Origin: Scenedesmus sp. PABB004
Taxonomy: Eukaryota
NCBI GenBank assembly: GCA_014905635.1
Contig: JABVCE010000028.1
Span: 124,001-188,000 of the forward strand
DNA: 64,000 bases
Direction: 5' to 3'
Part shown: piece after piece, positions 37,401 through 50,754 of the stretch
Position numbering within the stretch: position 1 is the first letter of the stretch
Layout: the number at the start of each line of letters is the position of its first letter
Notes under the pieces: model-generated
The model's input: only the letters and a program-made list of their open reading frames with translations
Told to the model about the DNA's origin: nothing
The model's database searches: none
Translations under genes and position numbers: made by a program

Positions 37401-39031
37401 CCTTGAGCGTCGCCACGACCTGCGCCCCCGCGTGTGCGCGCGGCCGTGGCGCGTCGGCGCCGCCCTGCCACCTCTGAGGCCGCCGCCGCCGCGCGCCCGG
37501 GGCCGCCGCCGCCGCCGCCGCCGCCGCGCAGCGCAGCGCCCGCGCCGCGCCGTGCCCCCCGCGCCGCGCCGCGCCGCGCCTTCTCTGCCTGGAAGGAGTC
37601 CAGGCCGGTGGTGGGCTCGTCGAGGAAGATGAGCGAGGGGCTGCTGATGAGCTCGCAGCCGATGGCGAGGCGCTTCTTCTCGCCGCCTGCGAGTGCCGCG
37701 GCGGGCGGGCGCGGGCGGGCGGGACCGTGCGCGAGTGGGTGGGTGGGAGCGCGCGAGTGAGGGAGGGAGCGAAGGCAGGCAGGGCGCAGGCGCTGAGGGC
37801 GCGGGCGGCGGGGCGCGGCGCGCACCTGACAGGCCCCGGACCTTCTCGTCGCCCACGCGCGTCCCGCGCGACTGCGGCGGCGCGGCGTGGCGCGCGCGCG
37901 GGCCGTGTGAGCGCGCGCCGCCCCCACCGCCCCCGCCGCCGCCGCACCGGGGCTCGCGCCGCCGCACCTTTGCGAGGCCCAGCACGCTGATCAGGCCGTC
38001 CACCACCGCGCCGCGCGCGTCCTCCGGCAGGCTCTGCCGCAGCTGCAGCGCGCCCGCCATGCCCAGGGTCTCTGCACGGCGCGCGGGCGGCGCGGCGGCG
38101 GGCGCGCCATGAGCGGGGCGGGCACCAGGCACAGAGTGACAAAGCAACACAAAACGTTAACGCACCGTCGACCGTGAGCATCGAGTAGAAGTTGTCGCTC
38201 TGCTCGACGTACGCCTGGCGGTGGTTGCTGTCGGACGAGGGCACGCCGTTGACGTACAGCCCCCCTGCGCGGCGGCGGCACGCGATGGCGGTGCCCGGAC
38301 GGTGGGCGCGGGCGCGGCCCCGCTGGGCGCGCGGCGCGGCTGACGCGGCGCGGCGCGGCGCGCCGCGGGCCGCACCGGTGAGCCTCATGCCGGTGCCCGC
38401 GGGCACGTGGTTGGCCATCGCGTTCAAGAGCGTGGTCTTGCCGCTGCCACTGGGCCCCATGAGTGCCAGCAGCCTGGGCGGCGCGCGGGGGCGCGCGGCG
38501 GCGTGGGCGCGGGGCGGCGTGGGCGCGCGCGGCGGCGACGCGGCGGCGGCGGCGGCGCGGGGCGCGGCGCGCGCACCTGCCCGGCCGCGCCGCGCCGGAG
38601 AGGCCAAACAGGATCTGCTTCGCCCCGCCGCTGGCGGGGGCGCCGTCGGACGTGAGCTGCTGCTTCTTCTTTTTCTTGGGCGCCCAGTGGCAGCTCAGGC
38701 CCTCCCACTCGAGCGTCACGGGCGGCACCTGCGGCGGCGCGGCCGGCGGTCAGCGGCGGGCGCCGTGCGCGACCCCCGCCGGCGGGTCCGCGCGGCGGCG
38801 CTGCGAGCGCGCGCGCTCGCTTGCCTTGGCGCCGGGCGTGGGCGTCGCCGCGCGCAGCATCGCGGCGTCGCCGCCGCCCTCCTCCTCCACCGTGGGCGCC
38901 GCGGGCTCGCCGCCCCGCGCCAGGCGCCGCCGCAGCGCGCCGGCGCCCTTGACCGCGCCGATGCCCGCCAGCAGCGCCAGGTTGCCCTGGGGCGCCACCA
39001 GCACCGCCGCGCCGAGCAGAAAGTCCAGCAT
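34498..39031 (-). CDS. ABC transporter G family half transporter, ABCG7-like (many introns)
   Basis: [107 protein letters not shown]. Confidence 0.92.
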
Positions 39032-39627
39032 GCCTGCTGAAGCTGCTGCGTCGCGCGGTCGCCTGCGCTGGCCGCTCTGCGCGCGGCAGTGGCAGTGCGG
39101 CGCGGCGATGGCGGCGCAGATCTCAGCCAACTGCCTGTCCACGACGTACCCCTGCTACCGGGGCCACGCGGTCGCCGAATTGGGCGGCCGCGGTCGCGCT
39201 GGCAGCAGCAACGGCAGTCGCTGCCCCGCCGGGCGCTGGCGGATGCCGTGGGCCACGCCGCGCGGCGCATCAGAACCGTCGCCCCACGCGCACGGCGGGG
39301 AGCGCGAATGGCGCCCCAGGCGACGCGCCTGCGCGTGCGGGCCGACCGCTGCTTTCGCGCACCAGCTGCTGCTGCTGCCGCGCGCTTTGCTGGGCGAGAT
39401 CCGCTGGCCGCGCTGGGAGCGCGCGAGTGTGAGACGCCGCAGCGCCGGGCTGGGCGGCGCACCCGCGGCCCGATCGCCGCCACGACAGACGACGACGACG
39501 ACCGACAGCACGCGCGTTTTCAGCCGCTCGCGCCCGCGGCCAGCATCCCCAGCATCTCGCAGCTGGCGCGCAGGAAAGCCCTCGCTCCCCTCCCGCTACT
39601 GTACGCCGCCGCCGCCGCCGCCGACGG

Positions 39628-41673
39628 CTAGGCGTGCGCCGGCTCCGCCGCGAGCGAGGGCAGCGCCGCGGGCGCGCGGCCGTGCGCGGCGCCGCGCTGC
39701 GACACGATCATCCACTGCAGCGCGACCTTGAGGTCTGCGGGCGCGGCGGCAGCGTGCGCGTGCGCGTGGGCGGCCGGGGCGAGGGCGCGCGGGCGGGACG
39801 CTGCGGCGGCGGCAAGGGCGCCGCACCCGCGAGCATGAGCTTGAGCGCCTTGGTCCACTTGGCGTCCTTGTTCAGCATGGACAGCCGGATGGTGTAGTTG
39901 CCGACCTGCGTGCGCGTCGACGCCGGCGGTGACGCGTGGGCCGCGCTCGCCGCCGCCGGGCGTGACCTGCGCCGGGCCCCCTGACCCCAGCGCGCCGCAC
40001 CTTGTCGCCCTCGATTGCAAAGGGGAACTCAAACACGCTCGCCGCGCCCTCCGCGACGTCCCTGCGGCGGCGCGCGGGGCGCGGCGGGCTCTCGCCCCAG
40101 CGCCGGCGCGCCCGCCCCGCGCCCGCGCCGCTCCGCGCCCCCGCCCGCGCCCCGCGCGTGTCGCCCCGCACCGCGCGCGCGCAAAGTCGCCGAACTCCTT
40201 CAGGCAGGCGAGGTAGGCGGCCATGGCCTTGTCGTAGGAGGAGCCCCAGAGCTTGTGCACCGGGCCGTACAGGTCGTACGTGCCGCGCTTGTCCGCGACG
40301 CGCGGGCAGCTGCCCATCGGCAGCAGCCGGTACGCTGCGGGCGCGGCGCGCGCGGCGCGCTCGCGTGACGCGCGCGACCGCGGGGGGCGCGGCTCCAACG
40401 TGCGACTGCATCAGACCACACCCGGACCCGCCCGCCCGCAAAACGCGAGCACCTGAGAAGTTGAGCTTGCACTGCTGCGCCATCGTGTGCAGCAGCAGCA
40501 CGGCCTGCCCCCAGGCGGCGTTGATCTCGTCCCACTCGACCGCCACCTCGGGCGTGCGCCCGAGGCGGAAGCCGCTGATCGTGCCAAACGGGCCGTCGTG
40601 CCAGATGCGGAACGCGTCGTTCAGCACGCTCGTCGACTGCAGCAGCAGCAGCTGCTGCCCCGAGCGGTCGATGCGGCGCAGCAGGCTGTCCCGGTCGGAG
40701 AGGTGCCCCGCGAGCGCGAGCTGGTAGGCGTTGAGGTCGTGCCAGTAGCGCTCCTCCAGCGCCGACACCTCGGCCGACGCCCGCCGCGCCGCGGCGAGCG
40801 CGCCGCGCACAGACGCCGCCTCGGCGTCGGCGGCCGCCGCGTCGGCGCGCGCGGCGGCCGTCGCGGCGGCGAGCTGCGCCATCTCGGCGTCAAACTCGGC
40901 GGCACCGAGCTCCGCCGGCGCATCGGCGCTCAGGCGCGACAGCGCGGCGCCGTACGCGGAGACCTCGGCCTCGAGCTCGGCCACCTGCGCGCCGACCTCG
41001 TCGCGCAGCTGCGCGGCGCAGTCGAGGCAGAGCGGGTGGTCCACGCCCGTCGCGGTGCTCGCGAGCTCGCAGAGCGCCGCCAGCGCGTCGAGCTTGGCCG
41101 CGAGCCCGCCGCCGCCCGGGTGCTGCGGCCGCGCGGCGCCGCGGCCCGCGGCCGCGGCGGCCGCCGCGGCGACCGCCGCCGCGGTCGACGACCCGCCCGG
41201 CGGCGGCGCGCCGGCGCCGCCGCTGGCCTGCTGCTGCAGCGACCCGCCGCCCGAGCCGGCGCCGCCGCCGGGGCGCAGCACGCTCGCGGCGCCGGGCAGC
41301 ACGACGAACGACTCCTCGAGCTCCCGCGCCGTCGACCCCGGGCCCGGCGGCGCGGCGCCGACTGGGCGGCGGCGGGCGGGGGCGGCGCTGGGCTGGCGCC
41401 GGCGCGCGGCGCGCGCCACGACGCTGCTGCTGCGCGGCGCCCCGCCCCCGCGCACGCCTGGCCTCCGCGCCGCGGCGCTGCCCCCGCACCTGGGCCGCCC
41501 TGGCGTCGGTCATCGAGGACGATGAAGGACTCGTCGATCTTGCCGCCCTCAAAGACGCTGGCGCCGAGCGGGCCAGGCCACTGCTCCGGCCGGCCCGGCC
41601 CCGCCTCCTCGCCGCCCCGCACCAGCACCAGGCGCGCGCGGCAGCTCTGGCACACGCAGGTGAACGGCTCCAT
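39628..41673 (-). CDS. ATG6: Beclin-1 / autophagy protein ATG6
   Basis: N-terminal CQSC; IDESFIVL and LEESFVVL; VDHPLCLDC; coiled coil; VLNDAFRIWHDGPFGTISGFRLGR; VEWDEINAAWGQAVLLL; WTKALKLML. Confidence 0.95.
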
Positions 41674-42021
41674 GCCGCCACCAGCTCGCGCCCGCCCGCC
41701 GGGCGCAGCGACGCAGCGGCGCCCGCGAGCGCCGCCCCGCCGCCAGCAGCGCGCTGCGCGTCGAGCTGCGGGCGTCCAGGCACGAGCAAAGGTCGCGGAC
41801 GTCGTCACCGGATGCCGCGGGCAGCTCGCTGCGGTCCGGGGCGCGGCGGCGCCGAGCAGCAGCAGCGCTCGGCGTCGAGCAGCGGCGGCGCGGCCAGCGG
41901 TGCGCAGCAGCGCCTGGTGCGAGCTGCCAGCGGGGCTGTGTGTGTGCGCCGGCGGCGCGAGGAGCCGCGGCATGCTTGAGGGTCACACGCTGAACCACCG
42001 CAAGCTTTGGGGCGCCGTCCG

Positions 42022-45000
42022 TCACTTGGGCGCGATCATGTCCTCCGGCCGCACCCACGCGTCAAACTCCTCGCTCGACAGCAGCCCCAGCGCCATGGCC
42101 GCCTGCTTGAGCGTCGTGCCCTCCTTGTGCGCCTTCTTGGCCGCCGCGGCTGCGAGCGCGGCGGCGGCGGCACGCGCGTCGCGCGCGTCGTCGCGCGCCC
42201 GCCCGCCCCGCCCGGGCTGGCAGCACGGGCCCGGAGCATGCGCAGCGCGTGCCCAGCGGCGCGCGGGGCGCACCCGCGTTGTCGTAGCCGATCTTGGGGT
42301 TGAGCGCCGTGACCAGCATGAGGCTCTCGTGCAGCAGCTGGTCGATGCGCCCGCGGTTGGCCCTGGCAGCGGCGGCGGTCAGGGGCGCGGCGGCGGTGCG
42401 GCGACGGCGCGGCGGCGGTCAGCTGCGCGGCGCCGGAGCACGCGCGGCAGGCGGGGCGTGCGAGGGAGGAGGTGCGAGGGAGCGGGAGGGGCGGGGCTGT
42501 CGGGGCGGCGGCGGGCGCGCCGCGAGCGCGCCGCGCCGCGCGGGGGCGGGGCCGCCCCCGCACGGCGTGGCGCGGCCGCCCCGCCGCGCGGCGCCGCCGG
42601 GCGCCTCGTGGGGCCCCGGGGCGCGCGCGCGGCGCGTGGGTCGCTCTCGGCGCCGTAAAATACCAAACTCAGCTGGGGGCTCCGCGGTTTGGGGAACGAA
42701 GGCGCCGCACGTGCTGCGCGCTGTGCGTGCCGCGCCGCGCCGCGCCGCGCTGCGCCGCGCCGCGCCGCGCCGCGGGACGCACTGGATGCCGACCACGCAG
42801 TTGGCGGCGAACGACCCCGCCGCGTCGCCGAGCAGGCGCGTGGACTGCAGCAGGCTCGCGCCCATCATGGGCTTGAAGACGTTCAGCTCAAAGTGGCCGT
42901 TGCTGCCCGCGATGCTCAGCCCAGCGTTGTTGCCCATCACCTGGAACACCAGCGCCGAGCGGCGGCGGTGAGGGCGGCGGAGACGAGCGACAGCGGCGGC
43001 GAGGCGACAGCGGCGGTGAGAGCGGCGCCCGCGCCGCAGGCGGCAGCGGCGGCGCGGCGGCGCCGCAGCAGGCACAGCGGCGCGGCGCGGCGCGCCTGCG
43101 CGGCGACCATGGTGAGCGCCTCGCACTGCGTGGGGTTGACCTTGCCCGGCATGATGCTCGACCCGGGCTCGTTCTCGGGCAGCAGCAGCTCGCCCAGCCC
43201 GCACCTGCGCGCGGTGGGCGCGGAGGCCGCGGGTCTCGCGCCGCGCGCGGCGGGGGAGCGCTGCGCACGGCGGGCGAGGCCCCGCCAAGGGGCGCGTGCG
43301 CGTGCGCGGGCGGCGGCGGCGGCGCCGCACCGCGGGCCGGAGCCGAGGAGGCGCACGTCGTTGGCGACCTTCATAAGGCTGACGGCGAGGACGTTGAGCG
43401 CGCCGCTCACCTCGACGAGGCTGTCGTGCGCGGCGAGCGCCTCAAACTTGTTGGGCGCCGTCACAAACGGCAGCCCCGTGTCGGCCGCGACCTGCGGCGG
43501 GGTCGGTCGGTCGGGCGCCGCGTGGGGGTCGGCGCGCCGCGTGGCTGCTGCTGCGCCGCTGCTCGGCGGCCTGGCCCGGCGTAAGGCCGCGCGGCGCGCG
43601 GGCGGCGCGCGCGGCGCGCGCCTGCGCCGCCACGGCGACGTCGAAGCCGGGCTTGGTGTTGAGCCCCGTGCCGACCGCGGTGCCGCCCTGGGCGAGGCGG
43701 TAGAGCGCGGGCAGCGCGGCGCGCACGCGGGCGATGCCGTACGCCACCTGCGACGCGGGCGGGCGGGCACGGGCTGGTCCGCAGCAGCGCGGCCGCGCAG
43801 CTGGGCGCGAGCGGCGCGCAGCACGTCGCGCCGCCGCGCCGCCGCCCTCCCGCCTTCCACCCTCCCCCAGGCGCGCCTGCTGGGCGTAGCCGCCAAACTC
43901 CTGGCCCAGCGTGAGCGGCGTCGCGTCCATGGTGTGCGTGCGGCCGATCTTAATGATGCTCGAAAACTCGGCGGCCTTCCCCGCCAGCGCCGCCTGCGCG
44001 CGGCGACGTGAGCGGCGCCGCCGCCGTCGTCGGCGTCGGCGTCGGCGTCGGCGGCAGCGGCTGGCGGTGCTGGTGCGGCGCGCGGCGCGCGGCGGCGCGC
44101 GGCGGCGGGCGCACGTGGAGCTCCTCGAGCTGCGGCAGCAGCACCGCGTGCGCCTCGGTCGCGGCGGCGATGTGCATGACGCTCGGGAAGGTGTCGTTGC
44201 TGGACTGGCCCTTGTTGACGTGGTCGTTGGGGTGCACCAGCTTGCTGCCCAGCTCCCCGCCGAGCAGCTCGATCGCCCTGCCGTGGGCGTGGGTGAGGCG
44301 GCGCGCGCATGCCGGACCCCTCTCTCGCCCCTCCCTCGCCCCTCGCGGCGCCGCCGGCTGGACGCCCCCGCGCCCGCGCCGCCCGCGCCGCCTGCACGCC
44401 GCGCGGCGCGCCTGTTGGCGATGACCTCGTTGGCGTTCATGTTGCTCTGTGTGCCGCTGCCGGTCTGCCAGATGACGAGGGGGAAGTGGTCGTCGAGCTT
44501 CCCCGCCGCGACCTCGCCCGCCGCCGACACGATCGCGGACCCGATCTTGGGGTCGAGCCCGCCCGACGCCATGTTCACCTGGCGCACGGCGGCCGGACGC
44601 GCTGGGCCGGGGCGGGGCGGGGGCGCGGGGCGCGCGGGCGGGCGCGGCGAGCGCGGGGCGCGCGCACCTTGGCGGCGGCGCCCTTGAGCACGCCAAACGC
44701 GCGGATGATCGGCTCCGGCATGCGCTCGCGCGGGCCGCCGATCTTGAAGTTCTGCAGCGACCGCTGCGTCTGGGCGCCCCAGTACCTGCGCCGCCGGCGC
44801 GGCGGCGCGTCGGCGCGGCGCGGCGGACGGGCGCGCAGCAGCGCGCGCCCCCGATCGTCGCCCCCGGCGCGCACTTGTCGGCGGGCACCTCCAGCGCGCC
44901 CATGGTGTCCTTCTCCACGCGGACGCCCGGGCTGGAGAAGGCGCGCGTGCCTGCGCCGGGCGCGGGGGCGTGAGAGGCCGGCCGCCGCTGCTGCACGGCG

Positions 45001-45102
45001 CGCCCGGCGCGCCCGGCGCTCACCCGCCACGCCCATCGAGGGCAGCAGCAGGCCCCGCAGCGCCCCGCGGCGCGCCGCGGCGAGCAGCAGCGCGGGCTGC
45101 AT
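42022..45102 (-). CDS. FUM1: Class II fumarate hydratase, mitochondrial
   Basis: [61 protein letters not shown], signature [38 protein letters not shown]. Confidence 0.97.
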
Positions 45103-45546
45103 GCTGCGCCGCCGAGACGACAGCTTGCAGATGCGGGAGGCTCCGCGGCCCTAGACGCAGCGGGCGCGACGAGCGGCGCAGGCCGGGACCGCCGCCTGAT
45201 CGCGCCGACAGTGAGGGAGGCGCCGCGCAGGGCAGCGGCGTCGCTGGCGGGGAGGCGGAGGGAGGCGGCGGGACACAGCGCGTCACCCGCCGTCACGACC
45301 GAAGTTGTTGATTTGCCCGCCTCCGCGCCCCCGCCAGGCCCGTGCTCCTTGCATGCGCAGACTTGTCACGCCGCCACGACCGGCGGCCAATCAATCAGGG
45401 CACGCCCGCCCACCGTCAGGGTTGCGCAGCACGAAATGCCCCACTGGCCACCACCATGGCTGCAATTCAACCGTGACCTGGCCATGAAATAGCGCAGAAA
45501 ACACATGCCCCTCAAGCTCGTCCCTCCCCTCTCCGCGGCGCCCCTC

Positions 45547-45693
45547 TCACGCCAGACGTCCCGCCCACACCTGCGGCAGCCAGTTCTTGGTGGAGCCGTA
45601 CTCTGCGGCACGCGGCGCCAAGAGGGCGGGCGGGCCGCGGCGTCAGCGCAGCAGGGGGCGTTGCCGCGCGACACGCGCGCCGCGCGCCCGCGT

Positions 45694-45770
<77 letters not shown>

Positions 45771-47321
45771 CGCCGCCGCCGCCGGCGCGCACCCTCGATG
45801 AAGTGCAGCGCGTTCATCCAGCCGTACGCCACGGCGTCGCCGCTCGGCAGGTTGGTCGCGCCCTTGAGGACGCGGTCCCGAATCACGTTGTTGACGGTCG
45901 TCGCGAGGCTGCCGGTCTCAAACCGCGAAGGGACGGCCGTCTTCATCAGCCCCAGGAAGAACTGGCTGCGCAGGCGCAGGCCGTCGGGCGTGTCGGACCA
46001 GGTGTGCCGCGTCGTCGCGACGATGCGGTCGCCGAAAAAGGGGTTGCTCTCCCAGCGGTTGAACTCGATGCCGCCGGCCTTGAACGACCGCACGCGCATG
46101 ACCTCCAGGGTCTGGAACTTGGTGTTGTAATCGGCCGGCGGCGTGGAGCGCACAAAGCCGCGCGCGGTCGCGGGGCAGCTCCAGGAGTTGGTCTTGCGTG
46201 TGGGGTTGTACTTGCAGCCCGTCATGATCATCTCACACCTGCCGCACGGGGGCGCACGGGCGTCGGGCACGCGCCGCGCCGGTGCGAGCGGCGTGCCGCG
46301 GCGCGGGCGTGGCACGGCAAGGCGGCGGTGCGGCGCGCACCAGGTGAAGTTGGTGCCGACGCCCACGCTGTCTGGGCGGTTCGCCGGGTTGGCTGCCAGG
46401 TGGAACATGTGGTCGCGGGGGTGAAAGATCAAGTACCTGGGTTTAGGTGCGGCGGGGGCGGGCCGGCGGACGCGGACGTGGGCGCGCAGGCTCAGCCGCC
46501 AGGCTGGAGGGACGGCGCCAAGGCCAAAAGCGCGGCGGCAAGCTGCCGATGCCGCTGCGCTGCGGCCGTCTGCTGCGGCGCACATGGGGTACGTCTTGCC
46601 GTCGCCGGCGTACACCTGCGCGCGGGCGGCGGCGGCGGCGTGAGCGCGCCGCAGACAGCCAGCCGGTCGGCTGCCACCGCGTCTGGGGCCGTGGCCGGCC
46701 AGCTCCCTTCCTGCACTCACCGCGTCACCGGCAAGGTTCTTGAACATCCAATCCATCATGGTGCTGTTCACGCCCGGGATGGGGTTGTACTGGACGTCCA
46801 GCTGCAGCACGCCGGGGATGTCGGGGGCAGTCATCACGCGCACGCGCTGCGCGCAGTTCCAACTACACAACTTGTACCCCGTCGACGACGGCCTGCGCAG
46901 ACGCGGGCGGCGCTCGGTCGACCGGGCGGGCGCGGCGCGGCGGGGGCGGCGCGGTGCAACGTGGCCGAGCACTCACGGCGGCCGCGACGCGGGGAGGTCT
47001 TCCGGCTTCAGCACGCCCGTGGCCGCCGGCGCGGCGGCCGCCTGCAGTGTCGCCGCCAGCTGCGGGTCGTCGAACGTCGCGACCGGCTCGGCGGCGGCGC
47101 GCAGCGCCAGCGCCGCGCAGCACGCCAGCGCCAGCCAGGCGCGCGTCGCTGCGGGCCGAGCGCGGTCCAGGAAGGGTCAGGCGGCCAGCGGCAGCGGTGG
47201 CAGCAGTGCACGGCTGCGTGCGCCGAGCAGCGGCGCCGGGCCGGTGCCGCCGCTGCCGTGGTCGTCCGCGCGGCTCACCTGCGCGCCCGCAGCTCGAGGG
47301 TCGCCGGGACGGCGACGCCAT
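45547..47321 (-). CDS. Secreted DAPG/phloretin hydrolase (PhlG)-like protein, paralog A (7 exons)
   Basis: MASPSRRPSSCGRA/ATRAWLALACCAALALRAAA (signal); IPGVNSTMMDWMFKN; YPM/YLIFHPRDH; NFTW/CE; TTRHTWSD; LRLRSQFFLG; ALHFIE/EYGSTKNWLPQVW; TGA at 45547-45549. Confidence 0.75.
45694..45783 (+). repeat. (GCC)n microsatellite in the last intron of PhlG-like paralog A
   Basis: About 30 GCC units with one interruption. Confidence 0.9.
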
Positions 47322-47976
47322 GGCCGGGAGGCTCAGCTGTGCGAGCTCTCGCTGGTTTGGGCCGGAGATGATCGATCAGCGGTGCGCGGACTGCGTTGGA
47401 GCCGGGCGAGGTGCACGTTGAATGGCCCAGGGTCGAGCGCGACCGGCAGGGGCGCGGCAGGGTGCGGCGGCGGCGGCGGCACCGGCGGCGCAGAACCCGC
47501 GCCGCACGCCTTCTGTGCGCCCCGCGCTGGCCGGGGGAGCGCCGAGGGCCGTACGCTGCGACCGGGCGCACTCGAAATTGTGCGCAGCCGCGCACGTGGG
47601 AGCTGGGCTGACCCCGCCCCTGACCGCTAGGCTGGCCCGGGTGCGCATTCAGCCTGCCGCCGGCATCGCTCACGTTTACTCGCTCGCACGCACCCGCCCG
47701 CACGTCCGAATGTGCAGAGATCAATGTCAACCCCAACCACACGCTACCTGCTCCAACGAGCGCGACACGCTGTGCGCCGGGGGCACGGGTCAACAGGCGT
47801 GAACGCGCAAGCGCTCGAGCGCCGCACACTGGCGGCCAGTGCAGGAGTGCAGTGCCGCCCCTGCTCTAGTACTGCTTGGCGGGTGCGCGAGGCGCCCGGC
47901 ACACCACACAGGGCGCGGCCGCCGGGGGCGCGCGCACACAAACCCCTGTCGGACCATTCGCACGCGTGCGCACTGT

Positions 47977-48004
47977 CGGTCGTGTGCGGGCCCGCACACG
48001 ACCG
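47977..48004. repeat. Perfect 28-bp palindrome
   Basis: CGGTCGTGTGCGGGCCCGCACACGACCG equals its own reverse complement; about 100 nt downstream of the paralog B stop. Confidence 0.9.
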
Positions 48005-48101
48005 GCATCAAGCTCGACGCCCACATGGCATGTGCCGGCATGGAAGCCCCTCCCGTGCGCCACGTTGCCGCGCGCCCTCCCCTCTCCGGGCGGCGCCTCG
48101 C

Positions 48102-49930
48102 TCACTGCGAGGCGGCCCACACCTGCGGCAGCCAGTTCTTGGTGGAGCCGTACTCTGCGGCGCGCGGCGACGGGCGGGCGGGCGGGCCGGCGCGTCAGCG
48201 AGGCAGGGGGCACAACCGCGCGCCGCCGCGCGGCACGCGCGCCACGCGCGCCACGCGCGCCACGCGCGCCACGCGCGCCGCGGCCGCCGCGCGCCGCCGC
48301 CGCGGGCGCGCCGCCGCCGCCGCGGGCGCGCCGCCGCCGCCGCGGCGCGGGCCGCACCCTCGAGGAAGTGCAGCGCGTTCATCCAGCCGTACGCGGTCGC
48401 GTTGCCGCTCGGGAGGTTCTCCACGCCCTCGAGCATCTTCTCCTTGATCGTGTTGGCCGCGATGCGGGAGAGGAGCGTGGTGTCAAAGCTCGTGGTGCTC
48501 CCCGGCTCCATGAGCCCGACAAACATGCTCGTGTGCAGGCGCAGGCCGTCCGGCGAGTCCGACCACGCGTGCCGCGCCGTGCCGACGGCGCGCGGCGTCC
48601 GGAGCAGAGCGTGGCTCTCCCACCGGCTGAACTCGATGCCGCCCGCGTTGAACCGCCGCACCGTCATGACCGCGCGCGTCTGCAGCTTGTCGTTGTAGTC
48701 GGCCAGCGGCGTCGCGCGCGTGAAGCCGCGCGCGCTCGCGGGGCAGCTCCAGGGGTAGCGCGGCGCGCGCGCGTCATAGCTGCAGCCCGTGAGGCTCATC
48801 TCACACCTGGCGCGCCGGCCGGCCGCGCGGCGGCGCGGGCGCCGGGGGCGCGCGTGTGCCCAGGGCCGCGCCGCGCCGGTGCGAGCGGCGCGCCGCGGCG
48901 CGGGCGCGGCACGGTGCGGCGGCGGTGCGGCGCGCACCAGGTGAAGTTGGTGCCGACGCCCACGGTGTTGGGGCGGTCCGCCGGGTTGGTCGCCAGGTGG
49001 TACATGTGGTCGCGAGGGTGGAACATCAGGTACCTGGGTGTAGGTGCGGCGGGGTTTTGGGGGGGGGGGGGGGGGGGCGGCGGGGCAGCGCCGGCGCGGT
49101 CGGCGATGTTTCGCGAATGGGCGGCGGCTGTCGCGGCGCGCGCGAGGCCGCCCCCGTGCGCCAGCGCGGCCGCGGCGCACATGGGGTAGGTCTTGCCGTC
49201 GACGGGCGAGACCTGCGCGGCGGCGGCGGCGGCGGCGGCGGCGGCGTGGGCGCGCCGCCAGGGCGCGCGGGCCGGCGCGGGCGCGCTGGCGGGGCTCTCG
49301 CGCACCGCGGTGCCGGCCATGTTCTTGAACATCCAGACCATCATGGTGCTGTTCACGCCGGGGATGGGCTTGTACTGGACGTCCACCTGCAGCACGCCCC
49401 GCGTCTCGGGCGCGGTCGTCACGCGCACGCGCTGCGCGCAGTCCCAGCTGCACAGGTTGTACCCCGCCGCCGTCGGCGGCCTGCGCAGCCGCGGCGCCGA
49501 GGGGCGCAGCCGTGGGCAGACAGCGCTCGGCGCGCGCCCTGCCCCAGCCCGCCGGGCGCGCCGCGCTGCACGCGTTGCGTGAGCTGTTCGCGATGCGCGC
49601 CCAGCGCTCACGGTGGGCGCGCCACGGGCAGGTCCATCGGCCCGAGGATGCCCGTGTGCGGCTCGGCGGCGGCGCAAGCGTACGCCAGCGCGGCCACGCA
49701 CGCCAGCGCCAGCCAGGCGCGCGGCGCTGCGCGCGGGGCCGCAGCCAGTGTGGTGAGGGACGAGCCGTGGTGTGAGTGGGGCCGCGGTGGCCCCAGCATC
49801 CCCAGGCGGCGGCCAGCTGGCCGGCTGCCGACGCGCGCGCGCCAGGCTGCAGCTGGCTGCGCCGCCGCGGGCGCGACCGCAACGCACCAGCGCGGCCGCG
49901 GGCGCAGTGACGGGTCGAACACGTCGCCAT
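48102..49930 (-). CDS. Secreted PhlG-like protein, paralog B (tandem duplicate of A with the same exon structure)
   Basis: MATCSTRHCARGRA/APRAWLALACVAALAYACAA; IPGVNSTMMVWMFKN; YPM/YLMFHPRDH; NFTW/CE; TARHAWSD; LRLHTSMFVG; ALHFLE/EYGSTKNWLPQVWAASQ*. Confidence 0.75.
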
Positions 49931-50754
49931 CGCGAGCTGGGGCGGGCGCGGAGAGGAGCTCGCCAGCGGCGAGGGAGCAACCGCGCTCGAGAGCACCCGC
50001 GCCTGGCGCCCCGTCTGCGCAGCGTGCCGACCGCGCTAGACTGGCGCGCCTGCTCAGTGGAAAGTGCCTGAGAGGGCGGCGCGGGCGGATGGATGGCCGT
50101 GCACGCAGCGCGGCACTGCAACTCCGCGTCCGGTCGACTCCCGCGCGTCCGCGGGCCTGCTCACGCTGTGGTTCGGGCTCTGACTGGCGCCGCGGAAGCT
50201 GCACGGGCTCTGGGGCACGCCGCGGGGCGTTCGAACGGTGTGTGCCGGCGGGTCACCGGCACAGCAGCAGCGGCGGCCGAGAGACCGGTTGCCCGCGCTC
50301 ACCCACCGCCCACGCCGTGGCCCAGGAAGTTGTGTTTACCGCATGCTCCGCGCCCACACACAGCTTGCAGTGCGCGCGGCTTGTGTGAGTGCGCCCACAC
50401 GACTCTGACAGCCTCGTGTGACTGAGGCTTGGTCCCCGGCTCAGCGGGGCAGCCGCCGGGCTGGCGGCCGCATCGACGGCCCTCCACCCCCAGGTCCAGC
50501 AACAAGGAGTGCGGTGCTGCTATGAGATGAAACAATGAGAGTTGGGGCGCGCAGTCACGCGCGCGTCTTATGCTTATGCCCCCCACGGACGGTGCAACGC
50601 AGCCGCACAGCGGTGCAGGGGAGTGCGGCCACGGTTGCGCGGCTCAAGGCGGGATGTGCAGTGTGCGCAGTCCAAGGCAGCATGTGTGCGCGCCTCGCGG
50701 CGCGCGCGCAGTCACACACGCTCCAGCGCGCGGCGCGGCCGCCGGCGCCGGCCG

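Noticed and set aside
45547..49930. PhlG-like genes as bacterial contamination
   Set aside because: They contain host-style introns and signal peptides and are contiguous with fumarase and other algal genes.
49990..50750. Possible small gene between PhlG-like B and the LRR gene
   Set aside because: No convincing codon pattern, motif or splice structure; probably UTR or promoter sequence.
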